A stretch of DNA of 50,357 bases from Octopus bimaculoides (GCF_001194135.2 NC_068983.1:7392282-7442638); one strand, 5' to 3'; numbered from the stretch's first letter, positions 1 to 13,169 are shown. Program-made: numbers and translations. The notes: generated from the letters alone by a model not told the origin.

Positions 1-42
<42 letters not shown>

Positions 43-274
43 ACCTTGCTCTCATGTGTCTATTCCCTGGTGAGGTTACTGCGGTCTTTTCCGTTGGCTT
101 TTCTCTCCATGGATAAACCAAATGTTACCTTTTTTTACACCTTTGAACATTTTCTGTGATATACGATCCCTTTTGATCGGAATATTTTTTTACCGTTCCC
201 TTTTGATCGGAATTTTTTTTTTCTAAAAGAAAAGCTCTACAATCGTATTTGTCCCCTCTGTGTGCAGCCCTGTC

Positions 275-404
275 TGTCTGTCTGTCTGTTATCTATCTAT
301 CTATCTATCCATCTATGTATGTATGTATGTATGTATGTATGTATGTATGTATCTATCTATCTATCTACCTACCTACCTACCTACCTACCTACCTACCTAC
401 CTAC

Positions 405-456
<52 letters not shown>
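275..456. repeat. Compound tetranucleotide microsatellite (TCTG/TCTA/TATG/TACC)
   Basis: Direct inspection; a similar compound array lies at 11225-11500. Confidence 0.95.
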
Positions 457-457
<1 letters not shown>

Positions 458-765
458 GTTGGTGAGAAGAGAGCGAAAATGAAAATGTAAGGGATGAACG
501 TATATTTTTTGAAAGGCAAATTATAAATCTAAACGTACCCTAATTAGTATCTGTGTTTATAATTAACACATATATATATATATATATTTCCTCGAAATCT
601 ATATTTCACTAATTACATTTAAAATGAGAAACTACGTACATACACATATATACATACATACATACATACATACATACATACTTACTTGTATTCATACATC
701 GACAAGCATGTTTGTAGTAGTAACTGTAACAGCTTTGAAACGTTGAATAGAAGTTCAACAAAAAC

Positions 766-853
<88 letters not shown>

Positions 854-1169
854 CATACAGAGGCTTGCATGTTTACACACACGCATGCACATTCATACAT
901 ATATGTGTGTGCGCGCGCATGTTTGTGACTTTGTTGAATATTTCATAATTAATATATTTCTACCTGGTAACAGCTTTTACGTAGTTATAAAATCTTATCT
1001 TCTAAATCTGTTTATTTCTGTTGCTTGTTCCCATTTTATAATAGAGACATGTATTATACGTACATAATACGTGCATACATACATACACACACACACGAAC
1101 ACAGACATATATATATACATATATATACACACATATATGTGTGTATTGACCGTTGACTGAACACTATTC

Positions 1170-1332
1170 AATTTTTTTTCTCCGTGTTTTTCTCCTTGTC
1201 TCCGTATTCTTTCTGTTGAAGAGCGTAGCTCGAAACGTCAAAGACTTTCCGTATTCCCGAGCGTCATACTAATATATACTTTTGTTATTTACACCACCTG
1301 TCCTCGTCTGTTGTTATTTTTTGTATATTCTC

Positions 1333-1335
<3 letters not shown>
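1170..1335 (+). repeat. Dispersed repeat D, copy 1 (hammerhead-like, Penelope-type terminal motif)
   Basis: CTGTTGA-A-GAGC-gta-GCTC-GAAACG...GAGCGTC. Homologous copies lie at about 40230-40430 and 50150-50330. Confidence 0.7.
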
Positions 1336-1368
<33 letters not shown>

Positions 1369-1374
1369 TGAAGT

Positions 1375-1495
1375 ATATGTGCCACCTAAATGTGGTTATC
1401 CTTTAAGGGTGGATGCTACTGTAGCTTGTAGCCCCAGGAAGACATCTCCTCCAGCTGTCTATTGACACACTTTCTGTGCCCTATCAGTATTTGCA
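1375..1495 (-). repeat. Dispersed repeat, inverted homolog of 11950-12070 (family unassigned)
   Basis: Shared cagctggaggagatgtc(c/t)tcctggggcta...acagta(a/g)catccaccc. Confidence 0.65.
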
Positions 1496-1532
1496 GAGAG
1501 AAGTCATCTTTCCCATCTCCAACCTGACGTGA

Positions 1533-1783
1533 TACACACCAGCATCGGTTGTCAAGCGATGTTGGAGGGACAAACACAGACACACAAACACACACACACA
1601 CACACATATACGTATACATATATATACGACGGGCTTCTTTCAGTTTCCGTCTACCAAATCCATTCAGAAGGCTTTGGTCGGCCCGAGGCTATAGTAGAAG
1701 ACATTTGCCCAACGTGCCACGCAGTAGGACTGAACCCTGAACGATGTGGTTGGTAAGCAGGCTACTTACTACACAGCCACTAT
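1533..1783 (-). mobile_element. SINE family A copy
   Basis: cgacgggcttctttcagtttccgtctaccaaatcc...ggactgaacc...cacagccac. Confidence 0.8.
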
Positions 1784-2048
1784 GTATACAAAAAGAAACA
1801 TTGATCATAGAACAGGCATCAAATTCGAGTCAACGACTTTATATATAACACCATACCTCAAACATTTGATCATATATAAATATTACCGTGGTTTTATATG
1901 TGTAAGAACCATGGTTATATTTATATATGATCAAATGTTTGGAAGTATGGTGTTATACATAAAGACGTTGACTCGAATTATTTCTGTCTCAATTACATTT
2001 GAGCACTTCTTTTTTGTTTCCATAAAAAGAGACAAAAATTATTTCTTG

Positions 2049-2100
<52 letters not shown>

Positions 2101-2487
2101 GCGTAATATCAGGCCAAAGTAAGTTAATTCCAGGTATTAGTTTATCACAGATGACTATTTGATCCAACTTTTAGCACGTGGCTTCAGTTGAACTCTGGTA
2201 CATGTTCTTTGAGCTTCATACATATTGATTTCTTTGTCCACGTGCGAGTTTATGCATGACCGCTTGTATGCGTGGGTAGATTATGAGATTAACAAGTGAC
2301 ACCTATAACTAGATTCAACAACATTCAAGTGTGCATATACATATGTATACGCACATATATGTTAGGACTTCCCCTTATACTACAGGTGCAATAGCTACCT
2401 TTATTGCATATAAAGAAATACCCACATACTTTGACAATGTCATTTAAATTATACTTTAGTTTATTGCAGATAATTTACAGGTATAGG

Positions 2488-2919
2488 CGGAAAGGAGGCG
2501 AGCTGGCAGAATCGTTAGCACACCAGCTAAAATACCTAGCGGCCTTTCATCCCTCTTTACGTTTTGGGTTCGAATTCCGCTGGAGTCGATCTTACTTTTC
2601 CTCCTATCGCGGTCTATGAAATAAACAGTGAAACACTGGGATATGATCGGCTTCACTCCTACACCGAAAGTTTTGGCCTAGTTCCTTAATTCGAAACCAA
2701 TTTACAGGTATAGGTGAAAGGTGGCAACTCAGCAGAATCGTTAGCACGCCGAGCAAAATTCCTGGAGATATTTCGTCCGTTTTTACGCTCTGGATTAAAA
2801 TTCCATCGGGCCGACTTTGCCTTTTATGCTTTCAGGATCAATAAAATAAGTAAATTAAGAGCATTGGGACTTGTCCTTTCACAACAAATTGTTGGCTTTG
2901 TGCCAGAATCTGAAACCAG
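2488..2919 (+). mobile_element. Two tandem copies of tRNA-derived SINE family B
   Basis: ggcgagctggcagaatcgttagcac...ttcgaattccg...cgactttgccttttat; box A/B-like head seen twice. Confidence 0.75.
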
Positions 2920-3100
2920 TTTACAGGTGTAGGGAATAATAGTTGGTTTTGTTTATTGGCTCATTCATATTGCAACATGTATTATTATTATTATTGTTAA
3001 TGTTGTCGTCATTATGTTAAGGCTACATGGGCAGTGATCGCTTCTATTACATGTATGGAAATACTTACAAATCTTAACGTCTTCTAAATTATATTTTAGT

Positions 3101-3468
3101 TTATTACCCCCGCCTTAGCGAAGGCGGAGATATTGTTTTCAGTCGTATTTGTTTGTCTGTGGACAAGATATCTCAAGAACCGCTGAATGGACTCGAATGA
3201 AACTTTCAGGGATAATTCGCCTCGTGACTGGTACAAACTGATTAGATTTTGGGATCAATCCGGTACCGAATATAAATTTCGGATTAATTTTCCTGTTTTT
3301 TTGACTTAATTTTTGAGAGCGGTCGGATTCATTTTTAGTATTCTCGTTTGTGAGAGCAATCGAGTTTATATCAGATATTCTCATTTTAAAGATCATCTCT
3401 TACTAATCGTTGAGAGGATGTTGGTGTCGCCTTAGCAGAGGTTTGCGCTCTCTGAATGCTCTTGTTGT
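3101..3468 (+). mobile_element. Helentron/DINE-1-like non-autonomous element
   Basis: 5' hairpin CCGCCTT-agcg-AAGGCGG followed by tttgtttgtctgt. The 3' end cgccttagcagaggtttgcgctctctgaatgctcttgtt has a subterminal inverted repeat plus small hairpin, and the context is T-rich. Family assigned from recalled architecture. Confidence 0.55.
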
Positions 3469-4035
3469 TTTTAATTTACAGGTATAGGGTTGCATATATT
3501 TGGTTTACATTATTTGCTCCTTAACATTCCAAAGTTTATTATTTTTGATGTTGTTGTGACAGTGCCTAACAAACCATTTATCATGAAATTACATTTAATT
3601 TTTTCTTAAAGTTAATATTTAAATAGACAGCAAAGCGAAATCAAGATATGCAAAAAAGCATCAGTCGGTGGGGATATTAGTCCCCTGTGCCCACATAAAA
3701 TTTGAGGAGCACTTCTTTAAGTACTACATCAGTTCATTGGCTTTTTAAAAATATAATTTCCTGGAAACGTCTTGCTCCTTTTTAAATGACTAAAAGTCCT
3801 GAAACCAGTTAGTAAGACTAGTTTCCAGGTTACTAACCTCATAATTACAGTGTATAATTAACACACGTGCGCGCGCCTGACATGTAAGATTTTGTAATTC
3901 CTATTAGCAAATCAAACACGTGTAATGGTGAATAAATAATACACAAAAATTTCCAATGTACACTTGTTTTGTATATTATATATCATATATATATATATAT
4001 AATATATATTACACACACAAACAAATATATAATGC

Positions 4036-4076
<41 letters not shown>

Positions 4077-4421
4077 NNNNNNNNNNNNNNNNNNNNNNNN
4101 NNNNNNNNNNNNNNNNNNNNNNNNNNNNNNNNNNNNNNNNNNNNNNNNNNNNNNNNNNNNNNNNNNNNNNNNNNNNNNNNNNNNNNNNNNNNNNNNNNNN
4201 NNNNNNNNNNNNNNNNNNNNNNNNNNNNNNNNNNNNNNNNNNNNNNNNNNNNNNNNNNNNNNNNNNNNNNNNNNNNNNNNNNNNNNNNNNNNNNNNNNNN
4301 NNNNNNNNNNNNNNNNNNNNNNNNNNNNNNNNNNNNNNNNNNNNNNNNNNNNNNNNNNNNNNNNNNNNNNNNNNNNNNNNNNNNNNNNNNNNNNNNNNNN
4401 NNNNNNNNNNNNNNNNNNNNN

Positions 4422-4463
<42 letters not shown>

Positions 4464-4988
4464 CTTACCCACAAAAATTGCTGGCCTTGTTCCTCTGTGA
4501 ATAGCTAATATAATTTCTTCTTGAGCCCTTCATTCCGGTGAATTGAGTATTTTTGTCGTGTACTGGGTAATTTTGATATCGAGCGGAATTTATTCATTTC
4601 ATCTCTAGGACTGAACACAACCAAATTCTTTGAGAAAGAACGAAAGAATATCGATTCTAGTTTTGAGTGGTACCTTGCATGCATGCATAAATACATACAT
4701 ACATACATACATACATGCATACATACATACATAATCTATTTCTTCAATATGAATGTAACATTCAAAATACTGCCAAACTACTGCCTGGATTTACCTGGGA
4801 TTATACTTAAGGACCTTCACGCAAGTACGGACCATCCTCCATAACCCCTGGAAGAAGATGAGCTGTGAACTTTATTCTCATGTCTGTATTCTTCTATCTG
4901 CTGTTTCACTCTTTATTCTTCTATCTACTATTTTAGTCCTTTATACACTGTGAATTCCCTGTCTAGAACTTTCCTACATACTCACCCT

Positions 4989-5065
4989 GTATCTGATGAC
5001 GGAATACCCAGTGTATAGGAGATGCTAACCTATCACTTGGGATATCCAAGAAACAGCTATAACAC
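4989..5065 (+). ncRNA. Hammerhead-ribozyme-like motif with long stem II (probably a degenerate Penelope pseudo-LTR)
   Basis: CTGATGA, then an imperfect hairpin of about 17 bp (5001-5047), then GAAAC-AGCT-ATA. Stem I is GTAT/ACAC with one mismatch. Confidence 0.45.
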
Positions 5066-5450
5066 TTCCAATAATTAATTAATTGATTAATTAATTAACT
5101 AATTAATTAATTACTTCAAATTCACCTTACTCTAGCTAAATATTCTAAATGACTTGAGACACTTGCCGTGCCTTGGTTTTGCTGTCTTTTTCCCCTCTAA
5201 AATACGTATATATATATTCATACACACNNNNNNNNNNTTAAAGGTCAAAATTTCTAATGAGTACTATATATGAGGTTAAAAATGAAAAATATTTTCTAAG
5301 CAAAATTTTCTAAGTGATAAATATATAAAGGCAATTTACTTAATATTTATTTTTCACTGACGTTATTACTGTTATTTCTTTATTTTCTGCAAACAAAGTG
5401 CACAAAAAAGCTATGCATTATGTTATATATACAATAATAATAAAGGACGT

Positions 5451-5700
5451 TACCGTATATATGTTTACAAACCAAGGACGTTATATAGACCTCCTTGACT
5501 CAAATTAGAAAAGGGGTGTGTATTATACACAAGGTTTAGGTTTTTCCTAGGTACAGCCTCCTAAAAATCGTATTATACTCAGGGGTGAACTATACTCAAG
5601 GATTTACGGTATATGTAGTCTCTATTTGTGTATAAGTTGCACTCTTGTTTTCTTTGATTTTAACTGAAAATACTGGAGTGCGACTTATACCCGAGGCAAA
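5451..5700. mobile_element. Decayed pogo/Tc2-like DNA transposon fragments
   Basis: Ends TACCGTA... and ...GGATTTACGGTA, with repeated subterminal motifs gtattatac and gtgcgacttatac. TIR identity is short. Confidence 0.4.
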
Positions 5701-5934
5701 GATAAAACAAAGAAGAGAAAAACAAAATGTCTTACCAAAATTTAACCCTTAATTAGAAGAGCGACATATGCAACAATAATTACAATATATTTATATTAGG
5801 GATTATTATTATTATTATTTTTCTGTTACAATATTTACTTGCTGTTAATAGTTTTATCTGCTTTAAATTTATACGTTCGAAGTGTCTAAATTCTTATGAC
5901 GTCATCAGTATATATATATTTATTTATTTATTTA

Positions 5935-6189
5935 TTTATGTGTTTCAGCCAAGTGGCTGCGGTCATGCTGGTGCACCACTCTTTTACTCTTTTACTTGTT
6001 TCAGTCATTTGACTGCGGCCATGCTGGAGCACCGCCTTTAGTCGAGCAAATCGACCCCGGGGCTTATTCTTTGTAAGCCTAGTACTTATTCTATCGGTCT
6101 CTTTTGCCGAACCGCTAAGTGACGGGGACACAAACACACCAGCATCGGTTGTCAAGCAATGCTAGGGGGACAAACACAAACACACACAT

Positions 6190-6224
<35 letters not shown>

Positions 6225-6265
6225 GATATATACGACGGGCTTCTTTCAGTTTCCGTCTACCAAAT
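5935..6265 (-). mobile_element. SINE family A copy (runs into gap)
   Basis: Full 3' half plus the start of the 5' half, high similarity to the 37365 copy. Confidence 0.85.
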
Positions 6266-6449
6266 NNNNNNNNNNNNNNNNNNNNNNNNNNNNNNNNNNN
6301 NNNNNNNNNNNNNNNNNNNNNNNNNNNNNNNNNNNNNNNNNNNNNNNNNNNNNNNNNNNNNNNNNNNNNNNNNNNNNNNNNNNNNNNNNNNNNNNNNNNN
6401 NNNNNNNNNNNNNNNNNNNNNNNNNNNNNNNNNNNNNNNNNNNNNNNNN

Positions 6450-6487
<38 letters not shown>

Positions 6488-6769
6488 TAGAGAAAAGAAC
6501 CAAAGTTCATGAACTCATCCATGAAAATACACAGTCACATATAGAAAAAATTAATAAGTAAATACACTAAAAAGAACTATAATAAAATAAATATAATAAA
6601 TACAAAGTAATAATCATTAAAATAATAAAATAAATTGAATTTGAATTTTTACCGGTAAATTTGGATTTTATCCCTAATATTATATATAATATTGTTATAT
6701 ATATATATATAACTATATATCTGTAGTTAATTTTATTAGCTATTTATTAATCAATCACGAATAATAATA

Positions 6770-6993
6770 ATAATGGTTTCAAATTTTGTCACAAGGCCAC
6801 CAATCTAGAGGGAGAGGGTAAGTGGATTATATCAACCTCGATGCTCAACTGGTATCTGTTTTGTCGCCCCTGCCCCGAAAAGATGCAAAGCAAAATCGAC
6901 TTCGGCGTAATTTGAACTCTGAACAAAAGGATAGGTGAAATACTGCTAAAGCATTTTGACCGGCGTGCTAACGGTTCTGCCAGTTCGCCGTCT

Positions 6994-6995
<2 letters not shown>
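6770..6995 (-). mobile_element. SINE family B copy
   Basis: gcaaaatcgacttcggcgtaatttgaactc...ggcgtgctaacggttctgccagttcgcc. Confidence 0.75.
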
Positions 6996-7029
<34 letters not shown>

Positions 7030-7643
7030 TAAGGATAATGATAATAATAATAATAATAATAATACTGATAATAATAATAATAATAGTTAGAAAGATATAA
7101 AATCCGAAAATAAGATTAGAAGAAATCAACGACGTGTAATTAAGTATATTCGTGTATCTGATAACTTATTCACTTATGTACAGATACACACACCTGTTAT
7201 CATTATTGATTTCAATAAATACATTGTTATATTTACCTGTAAACGTTCGTAATTGTAGATCGATCGTATCAATAGAAAATGTTAGTAACACGTGTTTTAT
7301 TGATTAGTAAAGGGTGCTAAATGGCGGTGTTAGTAATGAAGTGGGGGCAGAGTTGAAAATGGAACAGAGGGTATTAAAGGGACCCCCCCCCCAAGACAAA
7401 AAGCAAAATGGCAGCCTCTTCGTGGTCCATCAACCGGCTAGAAATAACTAAGCTTCCTTAAATCATGCTCTGTCATCTGAGAAAAGTGGTGAAGGATAGA
7501 TACCGTAGAGCATTCCTTGAAAAGAAGCGCGCGCGCGTGTATGATTATACATATATATGCAAATTGTATATGTGTGTGTGTATTTGTAGATGTGTGTGTG
7601 TTTGTATGGTGTGTAAGCACACTTTCGATATAAATATATATTT

Positions 7644-7749
7644 AGGGCGGCGAGCTGGCAGAATCGTTAGCACGCCGGGCGAAATGCTTAGCGGTATTTC
7701 GTCTGCCGTTACGTTCTGAGTTCAAATTCTGCCGCGGCCGATTTTGCCT
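7644..7749 (+). mobile_element. SINE family B, 5' part (young-looking, runs into gap)
   Basis: ggcggcgagctggcagaatcgttagcacgccgggcgaaatgcttagcggtatttcg...gagttcaaattc. Confidence 0.85.
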
Positions 7750-9647
7750 NNNNNNNNNNNNNNNNNNNNNNNNNNNNNNNNNNNNNNNNNNNNNNNNNNN
7801 NNNNNNNNNNNNNNNNNNNNNNNNNNNNNNNNNNNNNNNNNNNNNNNNNNNNNNNNNNNNNNNNNNNNNNNNNNNNNNNNNNNNNNNNNNNNNNNNNNNN
7901 NNNNNNNNNNNNNNNNNNNNNNNNNNNNNNNNNNNNNNNNNNNNNNNNNNNNNNNNNNNNNNNNNNNNNNNNNNNNNNNNNNNNNNNNNNNNNNNNNNNN
8001 NNNNNNNNNNNNNNNNNNNNNNNNNNNNNNNNNNNNNNNNNNNNNNNNNNNNNNNNNNNNNNNNNNNNNNNNNNNNNNNNNNNNNNNNNNNNNNNNNNNN
8101 NNNNNNNNNNNNNNNNNNNNNNNNNNNNNNNNNNNNNNNNNNNNNNNNNNNNNNNNNNNNNNNNNNNNNNNNNNNNNNNNNNNNNNNNNNNNNNNNNNNN
8201 NNNNNNNNNNNNNNNNNNNNNNNNNNNNNNNNNNNNNNNNNNNNNNNNNNNNNNNNNNNNNNNNNNNNNNNNNNNNNNNNNNNNNNNNNNNNNNNNNNNN
8301 NNNNNNNNNNNNNNNNNNNNNNNNNNNNNNNNNNNNNNNNNNNNNNNNNNNNNNNNNNNNNNNNNNNNNNNNNNNNNNNNNNNNNNNNNNNNNNNNNNNN
8401 NNNNNNNNNNNNNNNNNNNNNNNNNNNNNNNNNNNNNNNNNNNNNNNNNNNNNNNNNNNNNNNNNNNNNNNNNNNNNNNNNNNNNNNNNNNNNNNNNNNN
8501 NNNNNNNNNNNNNNNNNNNNNNNNNNNNNNNNNNNNNNNNNNNNNNNNTTTGTATGATCGTGTATAGAGGAATATATTATTTTATTTAAAAGAGTTCCAA
8601 CTCTGTCTGTTTTTTATGTTTTATTTATATTCTTGTAAAATTAATGTGGGATATAGAATATGGAATATATAATATATAATATAAAAATGGATGGTACAAT
8701 GAAATGAAGTATTGAATATATGGAATATGTCTTATTGAATATATGAAATATTGAGTGTTCAATATAAAGAATTAAATATATAAAGGCGAATACGTATTTT
8801 CAATACCTTGTGGTATTTCATCATGGCCGGTATCTGACAGACTGTAACATATATATATATATGCACACACACACGCGTATATTTATGCACACAAGCACAT
8901 ACGCACACGCATTTGTGGTTGTCGCATAAACTTTGTTTGTCCTTTAAATATATTTTAAACCATCCGATTTTTTTTAATACCATTTTACAATATTTTATAT
9001 AATTTTTATTTATTACCTGTCTATTCAGAATACTTATTATTAGTTGTCAATTTTACACACTCGATCTTCTACACCTTGGACTGTATACACCAGATACTAT
9101 ACATTAGATTCCGCGCACATAAATGTTTTGTAAAACCTTCTTTCATGGATGGGTAGAGTGTACACAATATTGAATAGTAGAGCGTTTGCTTGTGTGTATA
9201 TGTGGTTATATTGTTGTGTGCATGTGCCAGTTTGTATGTGTGTGTGTCCGCGTTTTTTTGTTCATGGGCGGATCTCTGCATGAGCGTGTATATGCATGAA
9301 AGCGTGTATATATTGAGTGTTCGTTGAAGTTCATAAGTTTGGTAAGTGTGTGAATGAATGCATGCATGTGTGTGTGTGTGTGTGTGTGTGTGAATGAGTA
9401 TGTAATAGCCATTTTATATATTTGCTATGCGTCAGTGCGTTTCTGCATGAATGCGTGTGCATGAATGTACGCATGTGAGTGCGCCTGCAAATGAATGCCT
9501 GTCTCTCCTGGTATGCGAGCGTGCACGTGCGTCCTGTGTATGCATGCGCGCACGCGCACGCGTCTGCATGTCTGTGTGCGTGTGTACATGTGTGTGTGTG
9601 TGTATGTGTGCGTGTGTGTGTGCAAGTGTGCGAGTGGGCATTTTTCT

Positions 9648-9861
9648 ATTCTTCTATTTGTTTCACTCATTTCACTGCGGCCATGCTGGAGCACCGCCTT
9701 GAAAAGTTTTAGTCGAATAATTCGACCCGAGGGCTTATTTTTTTTTTATAGCCCAGTACTTATTCTATCCGTGTATTTTATCGAACCGCTGAGGTACGGG
9801 GATGTGAACACACCAAGACCGGTTGTCAAGCAGTGATGAGGGGGGAACAAATCAGATACAT

Positions 9862-9897
<36 letters not shown>

Positions 9898-10092
9898 TAA
9901 TTAATACTTATAAAATGACAACGAAAGAACGAGACCACGATATTATGAAAATAGAAGAATTTATATATATATATATATATACATGTGTTTGTGTGTGTAT
10001 GTATATATCTACATGTATCTGATATATATATATATATATATATATATCAGATACATGTAGATATATACATACACACACAAACACACATATAT

Positions 10093-10160
<68 letters not shown>

Positions 10161-10193
10161 TACATATAGATATATACATACATACACACACAT

Positions 10194-10233
<40 letters not shown>

Positions 10234-10492
10234 TTATTAATTAATTATTATAAAATGACAACAAAAGAACGAGACCGCGATATTATGAAAATAGAGGAAT
10301 TTATATATATATATATATATATATATACGACAGGCTTCTTTCAGTTTTCGTCTACCAAATCCACTCACAAGGATTTGGTTGACCCAAGGCTATGGAAGAC
10401 ACTTGCCTAAGGTGCCACGCATTGAGACTGAACTGGGAACCATGTGGTCGGGAAGCCAGTATCTTAGCATACAGCCACCTCTGCGCCATGTA
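9648..10492 (-). mobile_element. SINE family A copy with expanded, duplicated internal spacer
   Basis: 3' half at 9648-9860 and 5' half at 10325-10492, separated by microsatellites and a duplicated 60-bp unit. Confidence 0.75.
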
Positions 10493-11159
10493 TAATGTAT
10501 GTTTAAATGCCTCTGTTGTTCGTTACGCCTGAAGATGCGTAACAACGTGTGCATGTGTGCTTGTTTTGCTTGTGTGTATATTTTCGTGGGTGTATAGTGA
10601 GTGAATGCTTTTTTTATGTATATGCCTGCGAGTTGTGTGTATATATGCGTGTGCACAACTGCGTGTATATGTGTGTATAAGTGCGTGAATGTGTGTGTAT
10701 GTGTATGTGTATCCTTGTTGCTTGTGTATGTGTGTCGTTCGTGGGAGTATAGGATGTGTATGTGCGCGAGTATATGTTAGTGAGTGTGTGTGTATGTGTG
10801 TGTGTGTGTGTGTGTGTATGTGTTTTGTGATTGTGAACGTGTGTGTGTGTACGTCTATATGTTTGTGTGTACGTGTGTGTATGTATTTGCGTGAGAATGT
10901 GTGTAGGAGCGCATGTATTGAATGGGTATGCTCTAAATAAAATTGCTTCAGTCGTTAATGATATCTCTGAATAAATTAATGTAATCAGTCGACATGTTCT
11001 TTAATAATAATAGGCCAATCTGGATGGTATGGTAGCGCCATCTGGGGCCGAGAGTGAAGGGACGGTTATTACGTGGTGGTAGTTCTGTCGATGGTAGTAA
11101 ACTTTGGTAGCAGACGGCGGTATAGAGCACTTTCTGTGTAATTCAGTTATAGTATGTCA

Positions 11160-11201
<42 letters not shown>

Positions 11202-11246
11202 ATTCATGCATATTTGTCTGTTTGTAGGTATAATTTATCCGTCTGT

Positions 11247-11280
<34 letters not shown>

Positions 11281-11398
11281 GTCTGTCTGTCTGCCTGTCT
11301 GCCTGTCTGCCTGTCTGTCTGTCTGTCTGTCTGTTATCTATCTATCTATCCATNNNNNNNNNNATGTATGTATGTATGTATGTATGTATGTATCTATC

Positions 11399-11475
<77 letters not shown>

Positions 11476-11551
11476 GTGTGTCTGTCTGTCTGTCTTTCTA
11501 TCAATCCATAGGTTTAGTTTAACAAACGAACGAGAAGTAACTCAATATATA

Positions 11552-11632
11552 CAGGGATTACCATAAGTCGCTTTACCCATTTCTAATAATAATAAAGAAA
11601 TTGGTAGGTAAAGCGACCTCTGCCCATCCCTG
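11552..11632. mobile_element. Tiny TA-flanked palindromic MITE (Tc1/mariner-type)
   Basis: TA|CAGGGAT...AGTCGCTTTACC...GGTAAAGCGACC...ATCCCTG|TA. The 81 bp are almost entirely inverted repeat. Confidence 0.6.
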
Positions 11633-11711
11633 TACTATATACGCACGTCTGTCTATATGACTGTATGTATGTGTATGTCTATCTTCCTATATATATATAT
11701 ATCAACAAACA

Positions 11712-11850
11712 GGCGCAGGAGAGGGTGTGTGGCAAGACGCTTGCTTCCGAACCACATGGTTCCGGTCAAATGTCTTCTGCTATAGCCTCGGGTCGACCAA
11801 AGCTTTGTGAGTGGATTTGGTAGAAGAAAACTGAAAGAAGTCTATCGTAT
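11712..11850 (+). mobile_element. SINE family A, 5' half
   Basis: ggcgcaggagagggtgtgtgg...gtgagtggatttggtaga. Confidence 0.75.
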
Positions 11851-11949
11851 ATATATATATAGGTCATCAGCTGTCGAACGCCGACGAAGGGAAATAACCC
11901 TGAAATCCGGATACGTTCGTGCTGCTGGTCGTGGTGAGAGGGATAACTC

Positions 11950-12070
11950 CCTTGGCAAACAGGACACAGTCGTGTGTCGATAAGCCAGCTGGAGGAGATG
12001 TCCTCCTGGGGCTAAAAGCAACAGTAACATCCACCCCTAGGGGTCAGCCACACTTAAGTGGCAATATACT
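11950..12070 (+). repeat. Dispersed repeat, homolog of 1375-1495
   Basis: Same shared sequence in plus orientation. Confidence 0.65.
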
Positions 12071-13169
12071 ACACTTTATCGTGCAGTTACTGTTAATACT
12101 TCATTTAGAGAATTAACATTGCTTNNNNNNNNNNNNNNNNNNNNNNNNNNNNNNNNNNNNNNNNNNNNNNNNNNNNNNNNNNNNNNNNNNNNNNNNNNNN
12201 NNNNNNNNNNNNNNNNNNNNNNNNNNNNNNNNNNNNNNNNNNNNNNNNNNNNNNNNNNNNNNNNNNNNNNNNNNNNNNNNNNNNNNNNNNNNNNNNNNNN
12301 NNNNNNNNNNNNNNNNNNNNNNNNNNNNNNNNNNNNNNNNNNNNNNNNNNNNNNNNNNNNNNNNNNNNNNNNNNNNNNNNNNNNNNNNNNNNNNNNNNNN
12401 NNNNNNNNNNNNNNNNNNNNNNNNNNNNNNNNNNNNNNNNNNNNNNNNNNNNNNNNNNNNNNNNNNNNNNNNNNNNNNNNNNNNNNNNNNNNNNNNNNNN
12501 NNNNNNNNNNNNNNNNNNNNNNNNNNNNNNNNNNNNNNNNNNNNNNNNNNNNNNNNNNNNNNNNNNNNNNNNNNNNNNNNNNNNNNNNNNNNNNNNNNNN
12601 NNNNNNNNNNNNNNNNNNNNNNNNNNNNNNNNNNNNNNNNNNNNNNNNNNNNNNNNNNNNNNNNNNNNNNNNNNNNNNNNNNNNNNNNNNNNNNNNNNNN
12701 NNNNNNNNNNNNNNNNNNNNNNNNNNNNNNNNNNNNNNNNNNNNGCTAGTGAGTTCAGGCATCCCATCTCAAAGAAATCTATTCCATGTGCGTCACAAAT
12801 AGTCCCGTATGAAAAAAGTCCCGTGTGGATGGATTACGGTTTAACCACCTAACTTAGAGATATCAAATATAAAATATACAAGAATAAGGGCAGGGAATCG
12901 CCAATTAATAATAGAATTAATAATTAACAATTTTGCCAAGTAGTTCAGTATGAAAAAACCTTTATCGGTAAAACCATTTATCATCATAAATATACAGGGA
13001 TTAGCATTGAGTTGCTTCTCCAACATACTGAAAATTTAGAAATAGCAGTCAAAGAACTACTGATTCTAAACTACAAATTTTTCTCTAATTGGATGGCGAT
13101 ATTTATGGCAATAAATGTATGTATGTATATATACATGTATGTATATATATCTATATGTATTATGTATTT

